DNA of 64,000 bases from Octopus sinensis (lineage: Eukaryota): NCBI RefSeq assembly GCF_006345805.1, contig NC_042998.1:92380001-92444000 (forward strand), written 5' to 3'. Each line of letters starts with the position of its first letter. Position 1 is the first letter of the stretch. Below the pieces are notes generated by a model. It did not search any database and had not been told where the DNA came from. It saw only the letters and a list, made by a program, of their open reading frames with translations. A program made the position numbers and the translations under genes. This document shows, one piece after another, positions 12,595-24,775 of this stretch.

Positions 12595-13826
12595 CTGGGC
12601 TTTGCAAAAGTTCTGTTACATTGGTTTTGATCTTTCAAGAGGTTAACGACTGCGATAGAAAGAGTGCTATCAAACATACTTAACATTCTATTTTTCCAGC
12701 ATGTGTCATTAAAATGTCTTTTCTATTGTGAGAAGGTGTATTGAGATGGAAGCAAAAAGAATCAAGATCCCTGCTCTCCTGCACATGAGCTACAACAAGT
12801 CAGCCAGATGACTGTTCACAGAGTCACAGAGATGCTTAAGAACAGTAAAGACCTCAAAGATTGACCTCAATAAGGCAGACCTCAAGTTGTCAAACATTTG
12901 GCTGAGAGAAAGGCCTTTGAAAGTGATCCAAAACTCAAAATGACTGTGCTCATGAAGAACAACATCTCAGTGGTTACAGTGTCCAGGGCCATCAAGCAAG
13001 AGGGCAGTAAGAGCTTGAGGTGAATGGAAAGGCCTCTGCTCACTGACCGTGTGTGAGAACAATGTCGGGAGCACTGTTGTTGCCTTCTCAATGACTTCGA
13101 GTGTCACAACAATCGAATTGTCATTTTTTCTGATGGAAAAGCCTTCAGGTTCAATCCAATTGTCAACAAGAACAACTGAATGGTCAGCTTTGGCCAGGAT
13201 CTCTCCAAGATCTGCTACGTGTCAACGACCAAGCATCTGGCCTCCATGATGATGCTTCAAATGGGGAGAAAATGCCGCTAGTGTGGTTTGCAACTGGTTA
13301 CAGGCTCACTGTGGCCAACTACAGGGATATCTTGGCCACAAAAGCCCTGCTCTGGGTGAGAAAGATCACAAAGAAGACAGACTATGTGTTTCAGCAGGAC
13401 AGTACCCTGGCACACACGACCAAGGCCATGCAAGAGTGGTTGGGGTCAGACATGAACTTCTGCTCGAAGAACTTTTGGCTGCTGCTGTTGCCCGACCATA
13501 ACTCTTTCAACTACAGTGTGTGGGTACATGTCGAGGGTAAGGCCTGCAAGATCCGCACTGTAACATAAATGAACTGAAGTCCTCCACCAACTGCATGTGG
13601 GCCAGCATGAGGAAGGACTGCATCCACAATGTGTGTGTGTGCCACCTTCAGATCTTGCCTGGAGCATGTGCTTGCTGCCAAGAGTGGTCACATTGATTAA
13701 TATTAATATTTAAACATATAATTGTATATTAAAACAATAGAGATGTGTCTAACTGCATCAAAGCTATCATTGTGTCCTTTGTTGAGAGCATCATGACGAG
13801 TGTAACAGGACTTTCGCAAAGCCTGG
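12595..13826 (+). mobile_element. Decayed full-length Tc1/mariner-superfamily transposon (maT-like)
   Basis: 26-bp TIRs (CTGGGCTTTGCAAAAGTTCTGTTACA vs CCAGGCTTTGCGAAAGTCCTGTTACA, 4 mismatches), TA at both flanks. Transposase pieces FSDEKAF and YVFQQDSTLAHT...PDHNSFNYSVW with frameshifts. Confidence 0.85.
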
Positions 13827-16204
13827 TATGTATGTACATACACACAGATGATGAGGTCCCTGCAATTTCTGTTGAGCAAATTCCCTCAAATTCTGTTTGT
13901 TGGCCTTGGGCAATAGTGGAAAATGCTGCAGAGGGACTGAACCTAAAATCACTTGCTTCCAAAACAAACTTCTTAACCATAAACTTAACCATACACCCAT
14001 GCCTGTACCTTAATATATAGTAAAGATTTTTTTTTTGGCTATTCTATAAGCTTCTTGAATTTCAAGGGATGTCAATATGGTCAGAACAGTAACAAAAAAA
14101 AAATACTATATTGTAACTCAGAGTTGTTAGATAAGTTTTAAAATGTGAGTTTGCTTTGCTTTTAAGTTTTGAATTGCTTGCAGGAATGAGAATGAATCTG
14201 AAAATATAACTGTCCTTTAGTTGCAATGATTTTAGCTGTTCAAATTGAGTAATCATTCATGTTCTTTGTTATAAGGCACTCATTGTGTATGTCTTCAAGA
14301 AAACTAATGTCATCAGAGATGTTTCATTGACTCCTGAATCTGCAGTGAATATCAGACCAGCCAATCATTAATGATTTCCTAAAGCTTTACTAAAGCAGCT
14401 TGTAATTGGTCTGTATTTTCAGGCTCATTCTGTCCTTTCCTAATAAGTTCTTAATAACTTTGGTAGTTTATAATATTTGTATATGACATTGACACATGAG
14501 GGTATTATTATTCATGTGGAATCTATATGGAAAGAAAGAAGTCCTTATTTTCAATAACCAAAAATCTCCAAGGACACCAATGAATAACTAAAAAGTCATC
14601 TCAACTAACTGTACTAGAAATTGACCTGAAGCTGAGTAAAGCAATTTGCAAATTTTTTACCAGAATATAGTTATAGCTATGTCACCATACATCCCGTAAC
14701 ACTTATCTAAAAATGCTGTAAAAAACTGTACTAAGCTGAAAGAGTACCACCAATCAATCTACTATCAAAACATATTTTGCTTAACGTTGTAGCTATAGGT
14801 TCTCAACTCAGTCTGACATTTTCCATTTATGATGTCAGCTTTAAAATCAAACATGTTGACCCACATGAATACATAAACTCACTGTTTATTGTCAGAAAGT
14901 AGATGATGGGTTTCTTGTCATCAGAAATCTTAATGAAAGCTGAAGCTCTATGAAATGAACTGGAAGACAACTCTATAGTAAACTTCACTCACTCAATGTC
15001 AATGCTATAATAATATGTGTGGTTTTAAATGTGTGTCTCAGATGATGAATTGACAACTTCTGCTTACACCAAGTTTATCCACCATTGCATATACATAAAT
15101 AACGAAAGTGAAGTTTAGAATAAAATATCTGTCATCAAAACACTCCTCAAGAGAGGTTTCACTAAAAGTTCCACTTCTAATATATTAGCAACTCAAATCT
15201 CTTGTATTACATATACTTGCCAATAACTATCTCTCTGACAAACGAATTCATAATACACAATACATATAACTTCAGCCACTACATTTCTCCTAACAATAGT
15301 CAACACAATTGCACATGGAAAGATGCGAATACTATACTCACCAACAACAACTGATGGATGAATATCAAAATAACAGTAACTAAGCAACCACAAAAGAAAT
15401 CATCCTTAACAATAGGATACAATCAGAGTGTAAGGTTTACTTTACCTCAGTCTATACAAAACCAAAGAGCAAGTCTTATATAGAAACTTCAATAAAAGAA
15501 CAAAGTGCTATATGTCAAAACACCAAAACCATGAATGGATTCAGATATATGCAACAACTCCTGGAATAGTACAACTGAGAAAGTGTTTGAATTTGTATAT
15601 CACAGTGAAAACACCAAATGTCTACTTGGAAGTTATAAAACTTTCAAAGAACTGCTATTTAGATAAGATATCCAAATTTCTCTCAAGGCTAAACGTGTCT
15701 ACAAGAAGCAGCTCTGACACTCCATTCATATATACAAAACTATATTCCTGAAATAAACACCAAATATATCTACAAAATAACAAACAATACAGTGTCACCA
15801 CCAAATCTTTGTTTATTAAAACACTTCAAACAAACTCCAACAAACAAAATTACTAGCAATGACAACTAATAAACATGTTCATAAACAGCATATATAAAAT
15901 ACAACTATATATGATGCTTAGATCTCTTCATATGTATATTCTGGCAAACACACATGTAACAACAAATATGCATAATTACATGCAACACTATACTCAACAC
16001 CAAATTTATTCCAACTACTATGGTATATTCACACACACACATGGCAGTATTCCAGTGCTCTCAATGGAAAATCCAATCAGTCATTTCTCATACTTATCAC
16101 CACCTACCAAGATGCATATGTAACAAAACAAACACACCTTTCATTAGTGAAGATCACACTCTGGTGTTCTTTTAGTCCAAACACAAACAGAATAGACTAA
16201 ATAG

Positions 16205-16409
16205 AAGGCGGCGAGCTGGCAGATCATTAGCATGTTGGGCAAATGCTTAGCAGTATTTTGCCTGTCACTATGTTCTGAGTTCAAATTCCACCAAGGTCGA
16301 CTTTCAGGGTCGATAAATAAAGTACTAGTTGAGTACTGGGGGGTCGATGTAATCGACTATCCCCCTTCCCCAAATTTCAGACCTTGTGCCTATAACAGAA
16401 AGGATTATT
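16205..16409 (+). mobile_element. tRNA-headed SINE, family 2 (representative copy)
   Basis: aaggcggcgagctggcaga...ctgagttcaaattcc (B-box-like)...ggattatt tail. Related copies near 400, 560, 8800(-), 33180(-), 37478, 49728, 57166, 57770 and 58000. Confidence 0.8.
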
Positions 16410-16958
16410 TTTACAAAATATGATTAAATATCACTTTGGTATTAGTAGGTGATGATGCTCAAACCTAAGGGCTTCTCTCCTTAACACTTAGATTAGGAGA
16501 ATGAACATGAATACTTTCTCTCTCCTCATTACTCTGATGAGGTGTTAGAAAGGATGAGAAACCAAAATTGGTTAAGATACTTTCCTATGATGTATCTATT
16601 GACATACACAAACACAAATTAAATGAGTGAAAGTGTAAAGAAAGCCCATCTCATCTACTACAAATCTATATTCACAAACACTCATTTAAAACTTTGCTGT
16701 CTATCGTATAGCAGACTCTTACTGCATTAAAATTTGTGCCTGTTATGTCTGACATATGATTTTGACCTGTGAGACATTCAAATATGCACTTATTCAATCA
16801 TGGAGAACATTGTAAAATAAAGAGTAAGCTGTAAATAAACGAAGTGTGCAACTCAGTTTATATTCCAATATTAACTATTTCCACATCACTTACAACAATA
16901 GTGACCTTGTGAAAAGTATGAACATTACAGCTTCGAGGATAATGAGATTACTCATTAA

Positions 16959-17179
16959 CCCTTTTGTAACCATACATAGAAAATATACTGCATTTCTATC
17001 AATTCATTTTGAAAGACTGAAGAATTTAGTAAAATATCTGTCATTAAGCTGGCGTTTAGAATATATAGAATATAAATTGACATAAAATTTTGATGAACAG
17101 TTTTAATTTAGATCATATTTAAAAAGAAGCTTGTATTATAGAACCAAGAGTGATCACTGGTAGGTTGGTATCAAAAGAG
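16959..17179. mobile_element. piggyBac-like MITE (TTAA-CCCTTT termini)
   Basis: Left TTAA|CCCTTTTGTAACCA; right TGGTATCAAAAGAG|TTAG is its approximate reverse complement. Confidence 0.45.
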
Positions 17180-17632
17180 TTAGAACATCATTTTACTGTG
17201 ATATGTTAAACATTTGACTATATTTTGTAATTGTGCAATGAATAGTCAGTCAGTTACTATTCACTAATTCTTTTCTATATTCAAACATGCAATAATATAA
17301 TTTGATAAGATTATTAATGGCGAGTTTATGCTTAAAGCAGTTTCAAGCCACAAAATTTAGTACTTTCTTTGCATGTTACTATTTGAATTACATTTTCCCC
17401 TCTATCATTAATTTAGCCTGTAATTAAATTAGTCATTAGTTCAAAATTTACAATAATTACAACACAAAATATTCAAGATGAAAATAGAACATAATAGAAA
17501 AAAAACTACATTAGTTCCAGTTGTAAATGAAACTGTTTTACAAGCAAAAAAAATTATGTACATAAAATCATAATTATAAAAAAAACAAACTAAATGATAT
17601 TTCTTAGTAAGGTTGTGATGAGAAAAACTTAC

Positions 17633-17777
17633 TTTTATATCAAATTGTAAATAGCGTCTGGCCATGGGTCTTGACACAACGTTTTCTATCACATCAACAG
17701 GTACAAGTCGACTGCAGTCATAACCAGGGCATGTAATATGATGAGCATCACCTTCTTGAATTTTTAAATTGAGATAT
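17633..17777 (-). CDS. ANKIB1: ANKIB1-like exon 6 of 7 (RING1, C-half): [48 protein letters not shown]
   Basis: 145 nt, phase 2-0. Acceptor tttattattttag, donor gtaagt. Carries the last two RING1 cysteines (CPGYDC) and the RYLQFDIK motif. Confidence 0.95.
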
Positions 17778-18352
17778 CTAAAATAATAAACATAGAAACA
17801 TCTTATTCAATGCTAAAAAAAAAAAATGTTTTTTTTCATTTTAGGAAATGATTAAAAATTTTTTTTATAAATAGTGACATAGAATATGCACCTACAACCT
17901 TGGAAGGGATATGTGAAAAATTGGTTCTTTTTCACAATATTAAATCCATAAAAATTCTATTCCACTTCAAATAGTAATTTTCAATAGTTTTAAGCTTTTA
18001 CAGTGACAATATCTCTTTTAGTGTTACATTATCATCATTTTTGTTTTAACATCCACTTTTCCATGCTTGCATGGATCATACAGAATTTGCTGGGGCATAT
18101 TTTTCTTTGGCCAGAAGCATTTCCTGTTGTCAACCTTTACTTGGTTCCAAGCAAAGGTAATATTTCTCCATAGTTGGACATGTTAGTTATATTAATCTCT
18201 AAGAAGGAATTTCAGGTTCTTCACACACATACACACAATGTACATACACATGCATACATGTACACAAACAATATACGTACACACACACACACAGACCCCC
18301 ACTACCACCACCACACTGTATAAGCAAAAATTGATAGAGAGAATTTCAAATA

Positions 18353-18587
18353 CAGAGTGGCCCAAAAGTAGGTTTACAGTTATTCAACTATCTCTTTTGC
18401 ATTCATATATTAACAGTTTAGATCTTAATTATAAAAAAATGTGAAACCATTATTCTATGCTAATCTAGTTAATTTTGTCAAGCTCCATTTTCAGTTTGAA
18501 AGATAGAAATTTAAATGAAATAAAATGTTTTAAAAGAAATTTAAGGTGCCTACATGATAACTGTAAACCCAGTTTTGGGCCACCCTG
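18353..18587. mobile_element. Tc1/mariner-type MITE (235 bp)
   Basis: TA|CAGAGTGGCCCAAAAGTAGGTTTACAGTTA ... TAACTGTAAACCCAGTTTTGGGCCACCCTG|TA: 30-bp TIRs with 3 mismatches and TA duplication, 38 bp from the exon 5 donor. Confidence 0.85.
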
Positions 18588-18625
18588 TATAAATAAATAA
18601 AAAGCTTGAAAGTAACTTTACTTAC

Positions 18626-18714
18626 TGTTCCCAACAAGAACGACAAAATCGGTGCTCACAAGGCATATGAACTGGTTCTTCTGACATCATAAATGTACAG
18701 GTACATATATCACA
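18626..18714 (-). CDS. ANKIB1: ANKIB1-like exon 5 of 7 (RING1, N-half): CDICTCTFMMSEEPVHMPCEHRFCRSCWE(Q)
   Basis: 89 nt, phase 0-2. Acceptor ctcttgctttccag, donor gtaagt. C-x2-C...C-x-H-x2-C-x2-C zinc ligands. Confidence 0.95.
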
Positions 18715-21700
18715 CTGGAAAGCAAGAGATTGTATCATTTATAAAAACTGCCATAAACTACACAATTTTACTCATTTATACATGTGTGCACATATATATA
18801 AATGGTGAGATCTTTTGAAGATTTTTACAATTTGTTGTATCTTGTTTATTCTTAATTCTATTTTAGAATTTGGTGGCTCTTATTTATTCTTGGCTTGATA
18901 CCTACACACACTTTCCAAATTGAATGTCATTTAATATGAGTCGATGTTGATATAAAAAGTGAGCTAAGAGAACTATACTGGCCAGAAATTTTTGTTTTCT
19001 AACTGTAATAATTGAAAAAGCCATGTTCTGCAGATGAGGTTTTTACATAAACTGAGACATGTTTGTAGTTGTCACCTTGTCTACTAATAAGGTTCAGCCC
19101 TATCCATCTGTTTAAACATAAAAATTTAATTTCCAATAAAATTAATTCTTCATTTTTTAAAAATATCTCTTTTCTTTGGTGGCATGTATACTCTACCTGT
19201 TTTGTGTTCAAGCTGACCTGATCTGGCCTATCACACCTACACTAAGGTCACTTTAAAAATAAACAACTGCACCACTGACCTCTTGAAAAAGTGTGATAAT
19301 GCATGATTAATTCAAAACAATGTGAATAGATAAGCACTAGATTTGATAGAGTAATCAGAATGCTAAAAGGTTAATAATTATTGATAGGTTTTGTTTCCTT
19401 TCTTCAACTAAGAGACAAATTTCAATTCATTGAGAATATTTTGCATCATTTGGTATGTCAGCACCTACCACAGTGTTGATACAGCTTCATTTTGCATAAT
19501 TTGATAAGGGCTTTATCATTTCATTCCAAATTCCTTATAGAAATACTCATACATTTCTGAGTTATATTTAAATCTTATCTATTTTCATTCAAGTATCAAA
19601 TGTGTGTGAAAATAGACTTCAAATTCTGAATCATAAATCTAAAGATCTGACTAAAAATTTGCTGCCAAATAACATAATTACTATGTCAAATTATATAATA
19701 TGAGCAGGTATGAAATATAATAGAATTCAACATGAAAGAGTTAACTAAATGTTTCTTACAGGTCACAGAATATCAATAGATGCTAAAAGATCATAATTTT
19801 CTTTAGTTTTTTCTTCTTTTTATTATAAAAGTACACATTCATGTTTGGTACATATCTATTAGATTTCAATAGTTTCATAAACATTTTTCAAAACTATCAG
19901 TTCATATTCAATTAATATCTAAAGTTGAATGATAAAACACTTCACTTTTAAAATCAATATTAACTGTACATATTCCATTTTTTTCTTAAATTCATAACAC
20001 TATTTCCCATTTTGATTAATTTACAAATAGATTATATTTTTGCTGATTAGGTTTCCCAACATTCTCAAAATCCATGTCTTCTTTTCAGGCACCTTACTTT
20101 ATATACAAGTACTGAATAAAAGTTTTTAAAATCATAGTTAAACCACTTATTTTATATTTCATTAAAACTGGGTTTTTTCATCTCCTTTCAAGATGTAATT
20201 TAGTAGTTTTACAGTTTTTGTTATTGAATGCTAACCAATTATCATAACATTTTCTTCACAAGATGAAAACTGGGAATACTACCAGAATCATATATACAAA
20301 AGCAAACACTGTTCATAAGTGGAGTATGAATAGAGTTAATTATTCTCTGAACTAATCACTTTTATACATGAAGTATTCAAAACCAGTGACAGTCAAATGA
20401 ATAAGAAAGTAAAAAATTGCAACTACAAGGTACTCAACAAGTTTACTTTCTGTTCTCTCGTTTTTTTCCACTCCTTGAAGCAACAACATTAAAATGAAGA
20501 ATTACAATCTAAAAATATTTTGTGTATTTTACTTTTGAATAGGAAAAAGGGTTTAAATCTAATTTCAAATAAATACTATTGAAATTTAGGTGCAAATCAA
20601 AGTGAGCTCTCTCTATATGATAAACATACTGAATATTATTTCACCAAATTTTAAGGAAAGTAATGAGCTAAATCAATATTATGCATAGTATAGTATTATC
20701 GATACAACCCTAGAATATTAAATATCAATACTACACTGTAGATACAAAGAAATACAGTGGCCTTTGAACAAATAGCCTAGCAACATTTTAATGTAGAACA
20801 CTGCAGCTAGTGAAGGTTCAAAGACTATGAACTGCAATATCAGATTCTTTAAGCAATTATGTAGCAGAACAGGTTGATGGCAACATATACAAATCTATCT
20901 AATCTAAACTATCAATTGTTCATGATAGCATTTGTAATTCATTTAGTATTTCTACCTGAAAACATCAATATATATATATCATTAAACTTTCCTAGACAAA
21001 TAAACTAGTGATGTACTTGTGTGTAAAACACAACACAAAAAGATAAAAAGAGAAGTTTCATCTGCAAATATATGATAGGGAGAAATGTAAAAGGTGAGAT
21101 CAGAAAAGTAAAAGAAAGATAATATTTTATGAAAAAATACATAATTTAGCCTCTAAGTTCTAGTACTAAATTTTTATAACAGCAGTACCTACTAATATCC
21201 ATAATCTATCATCAGAAATATTCTTTTCCATGCTTTGAAGCTTTAAAAAGTATTAATAACAGATCTCATGAAATAAATGATACGATAAATAGTTTAGTAA
21301 TTGTTAATTGTTGGATAAGCAATGTTTATGTAACATACTGAAACATACCACTACAGAAACCGAAAAAAGGATGATATTTAAAAATAAAATATTGAGAAGA
21401 GACAGGAGAGAAATTTGTTAAGGAAAAGAAAACAGCAAACCATAGGAATGAAACTATATTCCTTAATAAATAACTGTAAACCTTACAAAGGTTAGTCACT
21501 GTTAAGAACGTCATTAACTAAACTTAATACAAAATACATTATTTAAAATGGTCACAGATTTCTACAGTATTTTCAATAATGAATTGTAATTTAACACTCT
21601 TGTACAAGAATGGAATCAAACTTTCAACACAATATAAAGCTCGTTGTTCTTTTTAGCAAGCACTTTCATCTCTGTTATTGATAAGATATTAACCCTCGTG

Positions 21701-23179
21701 ATCTCTAATAGTCCAGTAATTGACTTCCATATCACCCTCTCCTCAATTACATTTTCTTTTCCAATGCTTCATTTATATGGTTATTGAATCGTTTTGCCTA
21801 GAAACAGGCGACTGTTAATCTTTGAATGTTATCTTCAAGATCAATAAGTCATTAGATCCTATCTAATTTACAAAAGTAGAACTCTGTTATGGGTAACTGC
21901 TCTGCACTGTAATTCACTTGAATAAATCAAAACATAACAAATAAACTATTATTTAAGTGGATCAATGAGTTACTTACAAACCACTGGTTGGCAGTGATTT
22001 ACGATAAAAACAAAGCAAGCTACGGGAATCGGTTTTTAATGATTTTTAACTGTGATTTATAGCTTTTACTTATTAAAAGTATATTAGAGGATAGTGATAA
22101 TCTAATACAGAATTATTCCAGTTACCCAAAAATTACATTTCAAATACACACACACATATATATAGCAGGGTTCCAAGATGCAAACAGTCCTCTAAATCAG
22201 TGGTTATCATCTGTGGTCCATATAAGATTTTTGGGGGTTCACACAAGCAAAACAACAAACTGAAGATCCACAGTAGTATTTTAAGAGTTCCTGAAAACAT
22301 TCTGCTTTAGAATTATTTACAGTAAGAAACAGTTAGGTTTCTTTCTCAAATGTTTTACATAGTTCAGACTGCACAAGTTAATATGTGAAAAACAAAACAG
22401 AAATTTCCAAAGAAGAATATATAAAACTCATTTAAACACACTGAACGGCTATGGAGGTTCACCAGAATAAAATAGTAATCAAAAGGGAAATAATATATTT
22501 CTAAATCTCTCAGAGAGATTTATGCAGTATTATTTCTATTTTCAAAAATCAGTGAATGTATTTCACTTGAAATATATTTGTTTCCAAAGGCGGATAGGCA
22601 TCGACAGCTAGCAAGCTATGCTACTCCGGACTGATGATGAGCAATGACTCTGAAACTAGTCTCTGGATGCTGGTTTTGCAGGGTGGAGGTGCTTGTCTCC
22701 ACTTTGAAAACATAAGGACACAGGAAATGTGTCAAGTACAACAGGAAACAGTGTTTCCTAGAGCTAAATAACAGTAGCATTCTTCCCTTTCATGGGACTA
22801 TCACATTAAGTTAACAACATATAATCACTTAATCAAAAGGGGTCTATAGATAAAAAATGCCCTAAATGAACAAATTGAATAATGAATGAATTTTCTAAAG
22901 AAAATTAAACTTGCATATTGTGCTGGAATTTGAATAAGAAACTGTGAGTAGGTTTTGCATGTGTATAAATGCTGGGGGAAACAAATTGTAATGTAAACCA
23001 CTTTTCTGAAGAAAATTATGTTCAATCAGCTAAAATTTGAACAAAAAACCAAGAGTGGTTCACACATACACATATAAGTGGCTGAAAGAGCATGTACAAA
23101 CAGTTCATTAACATCCATGTATGCATGCCATCTCAAAAATTTTCATGGAAAATAATATTTCTCTTATTTTTCGCTTAAA

Positions 23180-23669
23180 ACACACACACACACACAAATC
23201 TACATTTATGTATTTTCTATTGATGGATGGACAAATAAAACATCATTTCAGGTCTTTATGTGGTGTTTGAGTGTAGCCTGGAATGAACTATCCTTATTTA
23301 TATGTATTTCAATAACTCACATAATGAATAATTTGGTTAATCTCTGGAACAGATTATGTTCATATATAGAGACTGCACTGTGTATGTGAATGTGTATGTA
23401 TGTGAATATATGTACACACCATGCACACACACACACACACAAATCTACATTTATGTATTTTCTATTGATGGATGGACAAATAAAACATCATTTCAGGTCT
23501 TTATGTGGTGTTTGAGTGTAGCCTGGAATGAACTATCCTTATTTATATGTATTTCAATAACTCACATAATGAATAATTTGGTTAATCTCTGGAACAGATT
23601 ATGTTCATATATAGAGACTGCACTGTGTATGTGAATGTGTATGTATGTGAATATATGTACACACCATGC
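23180..23669. repeat. Exact direct tandem duplication, 2 x 245 bp
   Basis: 23180..23424 equals 23425..23669; both copies start in a (CA)n tract. Confidence 0.95.
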
Positions 23670-23692
23670 ACACACACACACACACACACACA

Positions 23693-24399
23693 GTCATGCA
23701 TATATGAAGGGAAAGAGAAAAGAGAGAAAGAAAAAGATGGAGGGGGGCAGCTTATTTTCAATCTTGGTTTACTTGCTTATTAACAATATTAGGAATGTAA
23801 ACTTTATTAGATGTAAAACTCAGAAAAATCTTGACAGGTAGCAAACAAACCAATTCTCTAAATAATTTTTATATAGTTACTTAAAGAAAAATAATTGTGT
23901 GTGTGTGTGTGCGTGCATGAAGTGGGGTTGAAGAAAGATGTAAAAATTACAGATTTTCTCAGTAAACATTATGCCTTTACTGCCATCTTAATATAAATAA
24001 GAATCTACAAACAAACCCAAACACACACACACACCACACACACACAGTCATGCATATATGAAGGGAAAGAGAAAAGAGAGAAAGAAAAAGATGGAGGGGG
24101 GCAGCTTATTTTCAATCTTGGTTTACTTGCTTATTAACAATATTAGGAATGTAAACTTTATTAGATGTAAAACTCAGAAAAATCTTGACAGGTAGCAAAC
24201 AAACCAATTCTCTAAATAATTTTTATATAGTTACTTAAAGAAAAATAATTGTGTGTGTGTGTGTGCGTGCATGAAGTGGGGTTGAAGAAAGATGTAAAAA
24301 TTACAGATTTTCTCAGTAAACATTATGCCTTTACTGCCATCTTAATATAAATAAGAATCTACAAACAAACCCAAACACACACACACACACACACACACA
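23693..24399. repeat. Exact direct tandem duplication, 354-bp period
   Basis: 23693..24021 equals 24047..24375; (CA)n tracts lie at both ends and at the junction. Confidence 0.95.
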
Positions 24400-24457
24400 T
24401 TGAAAATACTCAGGTTAATAAAAAATCAAATGTTTTAAGATATGAAAAATATTTTAC

Positions 24458-24621
24458 AATAGCGTCTTGCTCTGGTGGTTCGGAAGTGGTTGGACTGTTG
24501 AGAGTTTCTGGAAGTATTGGCTGATCACTGTACAGACTTGGTGGAGGAGTTACTCCGCATTTTTCACAGCATGCGAAAGGATCAGTCATCCAAGCTTCTA
24601 ATAAAGTTTCTCGGGACCATT
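24458..24621 (-). CDS. ANKIB1: ANKIB1-like exon 4 of 7: (E)WSRETLLEAWMTDPFACCEKCGVTPPPSLYSDQPILPETLNSPTTSEPPEQDAI
   Basis: 164 nt, phase 1-0. Acceptor ttttctctttag, weaker donor gtaaaa. Contained in ORF 24410..24664; W.RE.LLEAWM motif. Confidence 0.9.
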
Positions 24622-24775
24622 CTAAAGAGAAAATAAATAAATAAATAAATAAATAATAAGACATGTTACTTAAACCTTTAACATTCAGATTATTGTTTCA
24701 ATTGTAATGCTTATTTATTCACACTGTTTTGAATTAATGACGCATTATGATGTGATTGTTTCATTTTAAAATAAC

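Noticed and set aside
14560-16130. A/C-skewed block suggestive of a very old Penelope-like or LINE remnant
   Set aside because: I could not read any convincing RT or GIY-YIG motif; a translated HMM search would be needed.
22198-22490. hAT-like MITE start (CAGTGGTTATCATCTGTGGTCC)
   Set aside because: No matching right terminal repeat or 8-bp target-site duplication was found.
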